A DNA stretch of 64,000 nucleotides from an uncultured Nitrospiraceae bacterium (GTDB lineage Bacteria > Nitrospirota > Thermodesulfovibrionia > Thermodesulfovibrionales > SM23-35), in assembly GCA_963727775.1 (NCBI GenBank), contig CAVSHB010000004.1, positions 64,001 through 128,000 of the forward strand, written 5' to 3'. Below, piece after piece: positions 1 through 10,748 of the stretch (position 1 is the first letter of the stretch; each line of letters begins with the position of its first letter). Position numbers and translations under genes: made by a program. The notes under the pieces were generated by a model. It was given only the letters and a program-made list of their open reading frames with translations, had not been told where the DNA came from and did not search any database.

Positions 1-1308
1 AAGAGCAAGCTTTTTATATGATGCCACTATTGCCTGCTTTGCCATCAGCCCGGCAGGAACATCGGAGGCAATGATGTAACAGCCGTCAATCAATTCCTCA
101 GTCTCGATCTTCTCTGTTTTTAATTTCCATGTGAGACGTCCATCCTGTACTGACCACTCTACAAATTTACCTGTCTTCCACTTTCCCAGAACCTTCCCCA
201 CCCTTGCCGCTATCTTCTCGTTTGACGACTTCCGTTTTGATTGGGCTATGCTATCCAATGCCTTTCTGGTGACCTCAATCAAGCCTTTGCGTGTCACAGC
301 TTCCCTTGTAGCGGTCTTTGGATTGCGGCATAAGCAGTATCGCCGTCCTATCGCCTCAGGATCCACTACTTCAATAATCTCCTTTTCATCAAACATATCG
401 ATCTGAATCACCTTGCGTTCCAGTAGCTCTTTTATCTGGTGGTGTGTTAATGCCGATATTATATTGAGCCCTTTTACATCCTTAACCTTTTCGTAATTGG
501 CATGAGTAACCATTCCACGATCACCTACAAAGATTATCTCCTGGATCCCATATTTTTTCTGCACCTCAGCTATTTTATCGGGTACCGTTTGAGCATCCTG
601 AGTATTCCCAGGGAAAACTTCCACACCCACAGGGCACCCCTCGGGACTGCAAAGCAGCCCTATCACCATCTGTTCATGCCCCCGCTTGCCGTCCCGGTTA
701 TATCCGAATTTAACGATCTCACTGTCTTCATACTCGCCCTCAAAATAACTGCTGGTTATATCGTAAAGCACAAGCGCGCCGTTTCGGAGATGCTTTTTCG
801 CCAATGTACTTTGGATGGCATCCTGCCTCTGTAAAAGACGATCCATAGGCTCATAACAATGCTTATCTACGTCAACCGGCCCTTCTATCCCGCAGAGTTC
901 CCATAATGCCGTGTCCTCCCATCTGTGCGATAAAGCCAGCTTGCTGCCGCTATATACTAAACGGCCGATTATCATGGCAAGACAGTCTTTAACCCACTGC
1001 TCGGAATATCTCGAATAAATCATCTTGTCCAACTCTAATTCCTTCGCCAACTGCAATACCGCATAGGAAGCGCCGTACTCTTTCGATTCCGCGATTTTGT
1101 GAGCGTCGGCTGAACCCTTTACCAGCACATCGCCCCTGAAGGCGGCCTGTATGAGCTTTAGTTGTTCAAGACTCATATCCTTAATGGTCCCATGTGTCGT
1201 GTGCCTGATTTCGCCCTTCTCACGGAAGGTAGTGCGAATAACGCCGTAGTGCTTATTGCCGGAAGTCTGTATTTCGAGATGGGGGCGTGGCTTCTTTTTA
1301 AATGGCAT
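1..1308 (-). mobile_element. IS1634-family DDE transposase (runs off window start)
   Basis: Manual translation from ATG 1308 (MPFKKKPRPHLEIQ...LYDITSSYFEG...FGYNRDGKRG...VFPGNTQD...FVGDRGM) stays in frame to position 1. It is missing from the ORF track because there is no stop in the window. Element end is near 1453. Confidence 0.85.
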
Positions 1309-1315
1309 GGCTACT

Positions 1316-1344
1316 ATTATAGGATATGATTACCACTATGTCAA
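1316..1344 (-). promoter_or_regulatory. sigma70 promoter of IS1634 transposase
   Basis: TTGACA (1344-1339), 17-nt spacer, TATAAT (1321-1316) on minus strand. Confidence 0.7.
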
Positions 1345-1453
1345 CTATAAAATGCTATATTATATGGCTACATTTGAAAGCCAAATACACGGTAATCTAT
1401 TGTAATATAAGCATTTATGGGTGTTTTCATAAAAGAAAATACGTTGAAAAATG

Positions 1454-2831
1454 ATTATGCAGGACGAGGCAGTGAGGCATACAGCCCTGAGATGCTGGTG
1501 GCATTATTATTTTACGGATATGCGACGGGAGTCTTTTCGAGCAGGCAATTAGAGCGTAGCACGTACGACTCTGTAGCATTCCGGTATGTGGCAGCCAACA
1601 GTCACCCTGACCATGACACAATAGCAACCTTTCGACGTCGGTTTTTGCCTAAGCTGAAAGAACTGTTTGTGCAGATACTAATGATAGCAGCAGAAACCGG
1701 GGTATTGAAGTTAGGCACGGTCAGCTTGGATGGGACCAAAATGAAAGCCAATGCCTCAAAGCACAAGGCGTTGAGCTACGGGCATGCATGCAAAATAGAG
1801 AATAAGTTGAAAGTGGAAGTGGCGGAACTGATGAAGAAAGCTGAGGCTGCTGACAAAGCTGACATTCCTGACGGCATGAACATCCCGGAAGAGCTGGAGC
1901 GGCGAGAGAAGCGGCTGAAAATGATAGCTGAAGCAAAAGCTGAGATAGAGCGCCGTGCGGCAGAGCGGCATGCAATGGAACAAGCCGACAGTGAAAAGAA
2001 ACAGGCAGAGCGTGTAGCCAAACAAAAGCAGAGCGGCAAGAAACCCCGAGGCAAAGGACCCAAGCCGCCTGCAGCCGGGCCAACTGACAAAGATCAGGTC
2101 AATCTGACCGATGAAGAATCTCGCATAATGCCGGCATCGGGTGGAGGATTCAAGCAGGCTTATAATGCTCAAGCAGCCGTGGATACAGAAACAATGCTTA
2201 TTGTCGCAACGCATGTAACACAACAATCCAATGACAAACAGCAGATGAAACCAGCGCTTGAAGCGCTTACATATCTGCCCGAACAACTTGGCAAAGTAAA
2301 AACTATAATAGCCGACAGCGGGTATTACAGCGAAGCAAATGTGCAAGAATGTGAGAGCAAAGGAATAGAGCCATATATAGCAGTAGATCGGCAGAGTCAT
2401 AATCAGCCTTTATGGGAGCGATTCGTCGAACCGCCTCCATTGCCGGTTGATGCTGATGCAGTGACAAGAATGAAACATCGGTTGAAGACAGTTGCCGGTA
2501 AGGCAATTTATGCGATACGCAAGAGTACTGTGGAGCCGGCGTTTGGGGTAATCAAGGCAGCTATGGGATTTGACCGATTCCTGTTGCGTGGTTTTACTGC
2601 AGTCAATGGCGAGTGGGATATGATCTGCATTGCATGGAACATCAAAAGGCTGCATGCATTGAGGAACAGCCAGGTAGGCGCCTGAAAATGGCGATGGCAT
2701 AATGTATCCAACAAAACACCGGCAGGAAAGAACCGATGACAGACGATCAAATCATGAAAAATAACTACAATCGACTCTCTCGGATTCCAACCGCTGTCAA
2801 AAACAGCAATTCAAGTCCGACAGACTCCTAG
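1454..2831 (+). mobile_element. IS1182-family element, 5'-truncated transposase (ORF 1417..2685)
   Basis: YxPEMLVALLFYGY..SSRQLE, DGTKMKANAS, TDEESRIM, YNAQ, ADSGY and RKSTVEPAFG motifs. Native N-terminus is replaced by the IS1634 end. Right end ...AGTCCGACAGACTCCTAG. Confidence 0.85.
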
Positions 2832-2968
2832 AGAATGGAGAGCACAAATAACTTATAGGTCTCAATCCTTTATTCATCAAGGCTTAGGTTCTCACGTTGT
2901 GTGTTGCAATGCGCCTGGCAAGCTTCCATACGTCTCAATCCTTTATTCATCAAGGCTTAGGTTCTCAC
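2832..2968 (-). CRISPR. Truncated CRISPR array: two 37-nt repeats, one full 36-nt spacer and one partial spacer
   Basis: Identical GTCTCAATCCTTTATTCATCAAGGCTTAGGTTCTCAC at 2859-2895 and 2932-2968; on minus the repeat ends ATTGAGAC; lies next to cas2. Confidence 0.9.
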
Positions 2969-3167
2969 AGCATACTGTTTTTCAACAATGGAATCAATAG
3001 GTTATTAGCAGTTTTTGGGTAACCGCGACTTACTAACATTCTTCTTCTCTCAGAAGATGTCATTTTGATGTTGTCAAAGATCAAAAATACTCGACTATCC
3101 AAGGGGTTATCTCAGTTCCGATAACCTACCTCTATTTGTAGAGTTCTCAAAAAGTTTGTGCAACCCC
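2969..3167 (-). promoter_or_regulatory. CRISPR leader
   Basis: AT-rich non-coding stretch between cas2 stop and first repeat. Confidence 0.65.
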
Positions 3168-3440
3168 TTATAAAATAAAGACATTCTCGTCTTTTGTGAC
3201 CTCTCCCTTGCCGAGCACGCTTACTACCCCTTGACACTTGGCGCAAAGAGAGTAAATTCTGATACTGTCCTGGTCCGACACCATCTTCTGGAGTTTAGAC
3301 CTCATCTTTTCGAGCTGCTTTTCATCAAGTATACATTCAAAAACACTATATTGGACCCTGGAACCGAAATTAAGGAGCGTCTTCGCTACCTTATTCCGCT
3401 TCCGGTCGTCCGGAATGTCGTAAGAGACAATATAGAACAA
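3168..3440 (-). CDS. cas2: CRISPR-associated endoribonuclease Cas2
   Basis: YIVSYDI..DRKRNKVAK, RVQYSVFEC, DSIRIY. Confidence 0.95.
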   Translation of the reverse strand: MFYIVSYDIPDDRKRNKVAKTLLNFGSRVQYSVFECILDEKQLEKMRSKLQKMVSDQDSIRIYSLCAKCQGVVSVLGKGEVTKDENVFIL

Positions 3441-3455
3441 CCTAACCTCACTCTG

Positions 3456-3532
3456 CCACAGAGATCACAGAGGGCTCAGAGAAAGAACGTCTTTGAAACA
3501 AAAAACTCTGTGTTCTCTGTGAACTCTGTGGC
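3456..3532. repeat. CACAGAG/CTCTGTG palindromic short-repeat cluster (also ~3924-3988, ~4688-4714)
   Basis: ccacagagatcacagag...ctctgtgttctctgtgaactctgtgg flanking the GxxExxY gene. Confidence 0.65.
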
Positions 3533-3545
3533 TGAGCTTACTTAT

Positions 3546-3911
3546 TTATAAAGAAAATCTCCTTACCCCGTCAACAAGTCGTCTCTCACCAAAATTGATG
3601 AGCAGTCCACGCTTCAGCCCCGTGCTCTTCAGATATGACAGCACTTGAGCAGTGAAAACATCTTCTATTTTTCGTACCGACTTTACTTCAACAACGACTT
3701 CATCGTTCACAATCAAATCGAGCCGTTGTCCTTTGATAGCTTTATCCTTATAAAACACATCCATCTCTTTTTGCCGTTGATATTCAATGCTGCGTAACGA
3801 AAACTCATGGCAAAGCGCTTCTTCATAAATGGATTCGAGCAACCCCGGCCCGAGAAGCCGATGCACCTCTATTGCCGCTGCTATAATCTGTTCAGTCAAT
3901 TTGTCAGACAT
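3546..3911 (-). CDS. GxxExxY protein (PD-(D/E)XK-like)
   Basis: LGPGLLESIYEEAL, RLDLIV..VVVEVKSV, GLLINFG. Confidence 0.92.
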   Translation of the reverse strand: MSDKLTEQIIAAAIEVHRLLGPGLLESIYEEALCHEFSLRSIEYQRQKEMDVFYKDKAIKGQRLDLIVNDEVVVEVKSVRKIEDVFTAQVLSYLKSTGLKRGLLINFGERRLVDGVRRFSL

Positions 3912-4025
3912 TCACATATGCTGCCACAGAGTTCACAGCTTTTCAAAAAGAAGTCCTTTTAGCCACAGAGCACACAGAGTTCACAGGGTTACTAATAGGT
4001 TCATCAGTAAGCAATCAAGTGCTCA

Positions 4026-4075
4026 TAACTCCCCCCTCGCCCCCTCTTACCTTAAGAGGGGGTTGGGGGGCGTTA
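4026..4075. repeat. REP-like palindrome
   Basis: taactcccccc..cccctctta-cct-taagaggggg..ggggggcgtta. Confidence 0.6.
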
Positions 4076-4080
4076 CCTAA

Positions 4081-4650
4081 GTGAAGAACCCTGCGGCAGA
4101 GACCGCAGGGCGTCAGAAGTCAAACAACCTCAACTGCCCAACATCCTTCTCTCTGCCTTGGTTCTTTATGTATTTCTCAATCACTCCTTTATTCCCTTTA
4201 CCGCTGATCGTTGCTATGTAGTACCCATCTGTCCAGAACTCACCACCCCAAAGTTCTTTTTTTACCTCGGGGGCCTCTTCATATACTCTTTTCCCACTTA
4301 TACTCTTTATTATCTTGATCACCTCCCCCCCAGAATACTTCGATAAATATCGACACAGAATATGCACATGGTTTCGATCAAATCCAACTGTATTGATCTC
4401 TATCGCATACCTTTCTTTCAATCCTTTCAGCGCTCCAACTATAGCCCCTTCTACTTCTTTACTCAAAAGTGACTTGCGGTATTTCACCGTTATTTGAATG
4501 TGATAGTAACACTCCGATATATTGTGATACCATCGCCATATATCGTCGTCAAGAGTTACCATCGTCTCTTTATTCTATCAGTCTACAGGTCTTTCCCTCC
4601 ATTTACTCTACATACATCGGATCCTGCGGCAGAGACCGCAGGGTGTATCA
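4081..4650 (-). mobile_element. tnpA: IS200-type element, Y1/HUH transposase TnpA (CDS 4113..4562)
   Basis: YHIQITVKYRK, NHVHIL (HUH), FWTDGYY, YIKNQ. Hairpin CCTGCGG-CAGAGA-CCGCAGG at both ends (~4089-4110 and 4623-4642). Confidence 0.9.
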
Positions 4651-4728
4651 ATTATCAATGATGAACTCCTTAGAAATTGTCTTTTTTCTCTGGGCCCTCT
4701 GTGTCCTCTGTGGCAATGATTTTTCCTT

Positions 4729-5726
4729 CTATATTTGACTCAAAAATGGCGTATATCCTGCGCCGTCCTTCAGGCACCCCGCCAACTTCTCCGCCTGTAT
4801 CCTGAAACACTTTCTCAGTGTTGTATTCTCCCCGGTATAAGGATGTTTGAATTCGCGGCCCAGATAAGCTTCATATTCCGCAAAATATCTCTTCATCGCC
4901 TCCCTTTTAAGATATACGCTTCCATCCTTCTCATTTCTGTAGAAATCTTCCTGGCTCAGGATCTTATTGTTCATAAGATAGAGGGTAAACCTGTCGACGG
5001 AGGCGCGGAATTCCTCCTGAAGATCTGACGCAAGTGAAGCCCGCCCATAGTCCACCTGATGAAAATATCCCAAATACGGATCGAAGCCCAGGCCGTCGAG
5101 CAGGGATGAGATCTCGTTGAAGATCAAGTATACCCGAAGGAAAGGAGGGCATTCACAGGGTCGGTGGAAGGATGTTTGCGCCTGCCTTCAAAAGTGAAGC
5201 CGCCGAGAATCATCTTCCCGAACCCTTTGAAATAGGTCTGTGCAGCACTTCCTTCAACGCCTCGCAATGAATTCAATGATTCCGTCGTGGCAACATTCTT
5301 CATGGATGTTTCGATGCTCGTTATCTCGACATTAAAATCAATGTTCGGGTGATTGTGAGAGAAATCCTTAAGTAGGGTGAGACAATTGGTTAGCTTGCCG
5401 CTCACTATTCTCTTTGAAAGCTCCAGTTTGAATGCGTCATCGCCGTACTGCTTAAATTGCATCACCCTCAGTTCGATGTTCTTTGTTGCCGGAGAGGTGA
5501 GCTGTCCTATCAGCCTGCCCGTCCGCGTCAGAAGGGCGAGTTCGATCCCGAACTTGAATAGTTCATGCACGGCCTGTGTCGTAATCTGCACGTTCCCAAA
5601 GACCAGAACAGCGTCAATCTTATTGCATTGTATGTCGAGCAACACTTCTTTATCCTTTTGGACGATAAGCCTGTCCCCGGTTTTACATAAGACAGACCCC
5701 TGTTCGGTAAGATATAGATTAGCCAT
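4729..5726 (-). pseudogene. cas1: Cas1, frameshifted near 5128
   Basis: Two ORFs, 5124..5726 (..RGVEGSAAQTYF..DPVNALLSFGYT*) and 4729..5127 (LIFNE..GFDPYLGYFH..SLASDLQEEFR), join if one base is restored. Confidence 0.9.
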
Positions 5727-5731
5727 TTTAA

Positions 5732-5797
5732 TAAGTCATGAGTCCCAAGTAATCAGTCATAAGACAGTCATTCGTCATAAGTCCCGAGTCATAAGTT
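5732..5797. repeat. Degenerate heptamer repeat tract (AGTCATA-like)
   Basis: taagtcatgagtcccaagtaatcagtcataagacagtcattcgtcataagtcccgagtcataagt. Confidence 0.6.
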
Positions 5798-5798
5798 A

Positions 5799-6200
5799 TT
5801 AAACGGTGAATATCTTTAAAGCAACGACTTTTGAGATCCTGTCAAAATCTGAATCGTTATGCAGGAGAAGGAGATTATTCTCCATGGCTGCCTGGGCAAT
5901 AAGACAATCTATAGTGCTGCTGATCGTTATGCCTTTCTTCCTGCATTTAAAATAAATCTTGGCTGCTGAGGCATAAGATTCCCTTTCGTCCTTCAATACA
6001 TAAAATCGCTGGGTATCAAGATACCTTTTTACCCTATCAAATTCTCTTTCAGTCTTTATCCCTTGCAAAACTTCCTGATAAATGAGAGGAGTTATTCCAA
6101 AGGGGATACCGTTATCAAGGGCATACTGAAATCTGAGTACCGCGTCGTTTTCATTCCCCCGCAAATAATCAATCATTACCGATGTATCAACAAGAACCAA
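5799..6200 (-). CDS. VapC-family PIN toxin
   Basis: VLVDTSVMID, EVLQG, TIDCLIA, HNDSDF. Confidence 0.9.
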   Translation of the reverse strand: MVLVDTSVMIDYLRGNENDAVLRFQYALDNGIPFGITPLIYQEVLQGIKTEREFDRVKRYLDTQRFYVLKDERESYASAAKIYFKCRKKGITISSTIDCLIAQAAMENNLLLLHNDSDFDRISKVVALKIFTV

Positions 6201-6201
6201 A

Positions 6202-6402
6202 TCAATTGCCCTTTCTCAACTTTTTATAATCATAGCCCGACCGAAACTCTATCTTCCCCCTTAATTCCCTTAAGTCCAGCCTCTGTTTAACATGAATAAA
6301 TTCTTGAAGAGCTTCATGTATCAGTTCTTTTTTTGTTTTTGCCTTTGAATACCGGAAAGCCCTTTCCACTATGTCTTCGTCCAATACTATGTTGGTCCTC
6401 AT
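6202..6402 (-). CDS. VapB-family antitoxin
   Basis: MRTNIVLDE..TKKELIHEAL..YDYKKLR; directly upstream of the PIN gene. Confidence 0.85.
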   Translation of the reverse strand: MRTNIVLDEDIVERAFRYSKAKTKKELIHEALQEFIHVKQRLDLRELRGKIEFRSGYDYKKLRKGN

Positions 6403-6469
6403 TTTCATACACCTCCTCATACACATACTATAACACATTTAGAAAGCCTCTTTCGATTCGGCAACCAGC

Positions 6470-6858
6470 GAAAAGAAAGTAGAAGGAGCGATAGTAGAAG
6501 CTCTGAAAGGATTAAAAGAGAGGTATGCGATAGAGATCAGTACAATTGGATTTGATCAAAACCATATGCATATACTGTGTCGATATTTACCGAAATATTC
6601 AGGAGGTCAGGTAATCAAGATAATAAAGAGTATAAGCGGGAAGAAAGTATTTGAAGAAAATCCTGAGGTGAAAAAAGATCTATGGGGAGGAGAGTTTTGG
6701 ACAGATAGGTACTATATCGCAACGATCAGCGGCAAAGGGAATAAACAAGTAATTGAGAAATACATAAGAAATCAAGGAAGAGGCAAAGACCTTGAGCAGG
6801 TCAGGCTGTTTGAATTTTGACTTTGACGCCCTGCGGTCTCTGCCGCAGGGTTCTTCAC
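6470..6858 (+). mobile_element. 5'-truncated second IS200-type copy
   Basis: Homologous to 4081-4460; same 3' hairpin and ...GGGTTCTTCAC end. Confidence 0.85.
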
Positions 6859-9560
6859 AAACAATTGCCGGAATAAAGTTTTTATCTTTCCCTTCTTCAA
6901 ACTGCTTGTTTTTTTCCAATAATGAGTGAACGAAGCTTCTCGGAAGATTATTATTGATCTCTTTTGCGGAGACAGCTTCATAAAGAGTCTCTCCAAAATC
7001 AAGCAGTCTGTCAAAGCCGCATTCGTTATCATTCCCCGCCCACCGTACCGTATCACCGAAGATAGTTATCCTTTTTCTGCCCCTGTCTTTTGATTTTTCC
7101 AGTTCTTCGCCGGTTGCTTTTGAAAAGATGCTTATGGGAAACTTCGGCTTGCAGAGATAAATGCCCGCAGACAGACTTATATCGTCATTATTGCATGTAT
7201 ATTGCCTGAACTCATCCCTTATAGTTTTTGCCAATTTCGGCATTTCGCTCCAAGGTCCGATAATTAAAAGATCGTCACCACCCGAATAAACGATATAAAA
7301 TATGTTTCCTAATTTTTCTGCCTTATCCTCCCATCCTGCCTTATGGGCATGACACTTCCATTCTTCAAAAACCGACTTGCAAATTTCATTAAGATATCCG
7401 CCAAAAAACCAATCTATTTCTCTGCTCATGGCAGCAATTCGTGAGATTGATTTCTTTGATTTGTCCTGACCTTCGAGCCCGATGGCGAAAATAAGACCAA
7501 GAAAGTCAACGTCCATCTTCAGGACTCCAAGCCTTTTATCTCCTATGCTCGTATCAGCTATTGTTTCAAAGGTTAAAACTCTTCCTTGTTTTGCGATTTT
7601 TCTGGCGTCTTGGTCCTCTTCTTCCGTTTCCTGCTCAAAATCTTCTTTAGCAATAGGCGCCGTATTGCCAATTAATCTAAAAGTCTTATCCATTGAGTTC
7701 ACTTTTTGAATAGTCATCGCTTCCTGCAGTTCGGGCAGCCTTTCATCATATTCGCTTGAAGAAAGGAGATATACAACGCCGCATCCTCCAAATGGTATTT
7801 CAACGCCCTTCATTGACTTGTCTATCTTTGTCCAATAGGCAATATATTCGGTTTTGGGCAGCTTTTCGCCTATCTCTTTATGCTTTTCGCAAAGGTTACA
7901 AATTTCGTCATTAATTCCCTTATTAACAATTGACGTGCCGCATGACTTGCATACCCTTAGTTCTCCCTTTCTTTTTTGTTCTTCAATCCAGAATGATTCC
8001 CACTCAAAAAACTCTTTAAACTTTCTTTTTTTCTCGCTGGATAAAGCATTATCAAGGTCTCTTAATAAGTCAGAATAATTCTTAAGGGCATTTTTATCAG
8101 CCTCGACAGACGCTGTCACAAGTCCTAATTCTCCTTCATATTCTTGCAACAGCCATTTATTTATTTCAGACTGGGCATTTTTTAGCTCGCTTCTGTTAGC
8201 CGCTGTATTAGGCAATAACAGTTCAAACCTGCCACCACCACAGAAAAGCTGATGAGGAATTGACAGTAATAGCCTGTTAAGAAAACGTAAGGCTATCAGT
8301 TCCTGCATCAGCGACAAATAAAACGAGCGCCCCCTTAGTCTTTTTGAAACGCCTTTGACTCCCTGAACATTGGTTATTTTATAGATAAACTTCTGTATTC
8401 CTGATATATCGCCTCCAAAAAGCAAAAATCCTTCATCGTCCTGTTCTCCGCTCTTCTTTTTAGCAAAGAGACATCCAGCTATTGCGGCCGTTGTTTTAAC
8501 GTGGTCAAAAAGCGATATATCTGGTTCACTTTTATAAACTGCGCCTGGCACACACCACGTGTATTTCCATAGAAGATGATAAATGGAATTAACGCAGGAA
8601 GCCAGATTATGAATTTGAAGTCTTGACATCTCGTTTTTGAAGCCATCCCATAGAGTGCTGTACTCATCGGTAAGCATAGTATCCGCTGTAATATTCATAG
8701 GAAATATATCGACTCTGCTGAGTGAAAGCGGTTTGAGGCGATATTGGTAATTTTCTGTAGGGATATGCGCACCAAGAGATACCTTTTGAAATATCGATTG
8801 CAGCCGCTCGTTTGCAGAGTCTCCCGTTTCATAATCCTCAAGAGCAAGCCTGTCCATACCCGCTGAAAGACCGTCTGCAAGAGTTATGTATTCAGCATTT
8901 CCATGATGGTTGTTGATAGCATTTCTAATAATATCTATTTCTTCAGTGGTCAAAAAGCGATATATCTGGTTCACTTTTATAAACTGCGCCTGGCACACAC
9001 CACGTGTATTTCCATAGAAGATGATAAATGGAATTAACGCAGGAAGCCAGATTATGAATTTGAAGTCTTGACATCTCGTTTTTGAAGCCATCCCATAGAG
9101 TGCTGTACTCATCGGTAAGCATAGTATCCGCTGTAATATTCATAGGAAATATATCGACTCTGCTGAGTGAAAGCGGTTTGAGGCGATATTGGTAATTTTC
9201 TGTAGGGATATGCGCACCAAGAGATACCTTTTGAAATATCGATTGCAGCCGCTCGTTTGCAGAGTCTCCCGTTTCATAATCCTCAAGAGCAAGCCTGTCC
9301 ATACCCGCTGAAAGACCGTCTGCAAGAGTTATGTATTCAGCATTTCCATGATGGTTGTTGATAGCATTTCTAATAATATCTATTTCTTCAAAGGAGAGCA
9401 ATTTTGATAATCTCTCAGCGAAGTATTCTTCAAAACATTGATCACCAAGATGCTGATGGTCACCTTTTTCTCTGCATGCCCTCTGATAAAACTTTCCAAT
9501 ATCATGCAACAATGCGGCGAGGATAAATGTCTGGTATGCTCTCTGATCAAAACTATTCAT
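6859..9560 (-). pseudogene. cas10: Type III-A Cas10/Csm1, disrupted
   Basis: HD motif LLHDIGK, DISLFDH, GDISGIQKFIY, LRGRSFY, KMDVD, YSGGDD. Broken by a 445-bp duplication and cut at the 3' end by IS200. Confidence 0.92.
8501..9390. repeat. 445-bp tandem duplication
   Basis: 8501-8945 and 8946-9390 both begin gtggtcaaaaagcg and end atctatttcttca; the ORF track shows the same peptide twice, 445 bp apart. Confidence 0.95.
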
Positions 9561-9679
9561 GAGATATCCCTCTTTTAGTTATTTGATTCACATTTATAAA
9601 ATAGACTATAATTATAGTCAATACAAAAAAGACTAGATTCCGCATCAAGTGCGGAATGACAGAAATACGGAGGATTGCA

Positions 9680-9952
9680 GTGACGAAGACGATTCCGCTT
9701 GCGGAGGCCAAGAAAAGCCTCTCCGCGATCATAAAAGACGTTGACGATAAATATGACCGTTTTACAATAACCAAGAACGGAGTTGAAAAAGCCGTCATCC
9801 TGAGTTCGGATGAATTCGAAGGTCTCCTGGAAACACTCGACATTCTTTCCCACAAGGAAGAGAAAGAGGCCATAGCAAGGGCAAAAGAACAGGTCAGGAA
9901 AGGCAAAACGGTTTCCCTCAAGGATTTTAAGTCACGGCTCAAGCTTAGATGA
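9680..9952 (+). CDS. Phd/YefM antitoxin
   Basis: IPLAEAKKSLS, ITKNG..AVILS, LLETLDIL; GTG start after GGAGGA. Confidence 0.9.
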   Translation: MTKTIPLAEAKKSLSAIIKDVDDKYDRFTITKNGVEKAVILSSDEFEGLLETLDILSHKEEKEAIARAKEQVRKGKTVSLKDFKSRLKLR

Positions 9953-10209
9953 CCTGCCATATCGAGCTTGCAAAGGAGGCTGAATCCGATCTTGAGTCTC
10001 TCCAGAAATCCGACCGGAAACTCTTCATGAGAATCCTTTCTAAAATCGAATCTCTTTCTGAAAACCCAAGGAGCGGAAAACTACTCGTCGGCAATCATAA
10101 AGGAGAGTTCTCTCTCAGAGTCGGCAACTACAGAATCGTTTATGAGCTTGATGCTGCAAGACATATTGTATTTGTCCTCACCGTGAAACATCGGAAACAC
10201 GTTTATTAA
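9949..10209 (+). CDS. RelE/ParE-family toxin
   Basis: LSENPR, LRVGNYRIVY, VKHRKHVY. Confidence 0.9.
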   Translation: MTCHIELAKEAESDLESLQKSDRKLFMRILSKIESLSENPRSGKLLVGNHKGEFSLRVGNYRIVYELDAARHIVFVLTVKHRKHVY

Positions 10210-10405
10210 ATTGTTACCTCATACTTTCCCAACCCAAACCCCGTCCCCCTCCCGACATGCAAAATCTCACCGGCTTTTATCAAAGGCATAAAGGGGTCCA
10301 TATCCCCTTCAAAGCTTATCTCTACGACAAATCAACCCATTTTGATCCTCGTCTCCTGTCTTCCCGAATACCTTGACCAGTCATACCATCATAAATTGTG
10401 TTCTT
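10206..10405 (-). pseudogene. Diverged duplicate of cas6 3' end
   Basis: *WYDWSRYSGRQETRIKMG*FVVEISFEGDMDPFMPLIKAGEILHVGRGTGFGLGKYEVTI*. Confidence 0.88.
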
Positions 10406-10478
10406 TTTTCCTTTACCTCTCCTGTCCTTTTATGTACAATAATGTACATATGATACAACTCCAAGTGAGGTCATTTGA

Positions 10479-10748
10479 ATGAAAAACGTTATTTCCATAA
10501 CCGAAGCCCGGCGACGGCTGCCGGGAATTATCAAATCTCTTAAGAATTCTCCCGACATGGTTTACCGGATAACGGTCCATGATGAAGTCGTTGCAGAGAT
10601 CAGGACTACGCCGAAGATAAAACCGGGGGAGGCGGCTGCGAAGCTTCTCGAAATTAGGAAGAGGTCCGGCGCCGGAAAGAAGAGATATAAGAAGCCGGTA
10701 TCGGAAAACATCAAGGACCATCTTTACGTTGCCGAGGACAACCGTTGA
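10479..10748 (+). CDS. Phd-like antitoxin
   Basis: VISITEARRRLP; overlaps the PIN gene. Confidence 0.7.
   Translation: MKNVISITEARRRLPGIIKSLKNSPDMVYRITVHDEVVAEIRTTPKIKPGEAAAKLLEIRKRSGAGKKRYKKPVSENIKDHLYVAEDNR

Noticed and set aside
131..834. Plus-strand ORFs 131..406 and 502..834 (and similar antisense ORFs across the window)
   Set aside because: Shadow frames opposite well-supported genes.
2832..2931. Self-targeting spacers
   Set aside because: No match noticed in this window by eye; a genome-wide search is needed.
4081..4650. IS605-type element with TnpB/omega RNA
   Set aside because: Only tnpA lies between the hairpins; there is no room for tnpB.
6680..9112. 810-aa ORF as an intact Cas10 with novel termini
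   Set aside because: The N-terminus is an off-frame reading of the duplication, and the C-terminus reads into the antisense strand of IS200.
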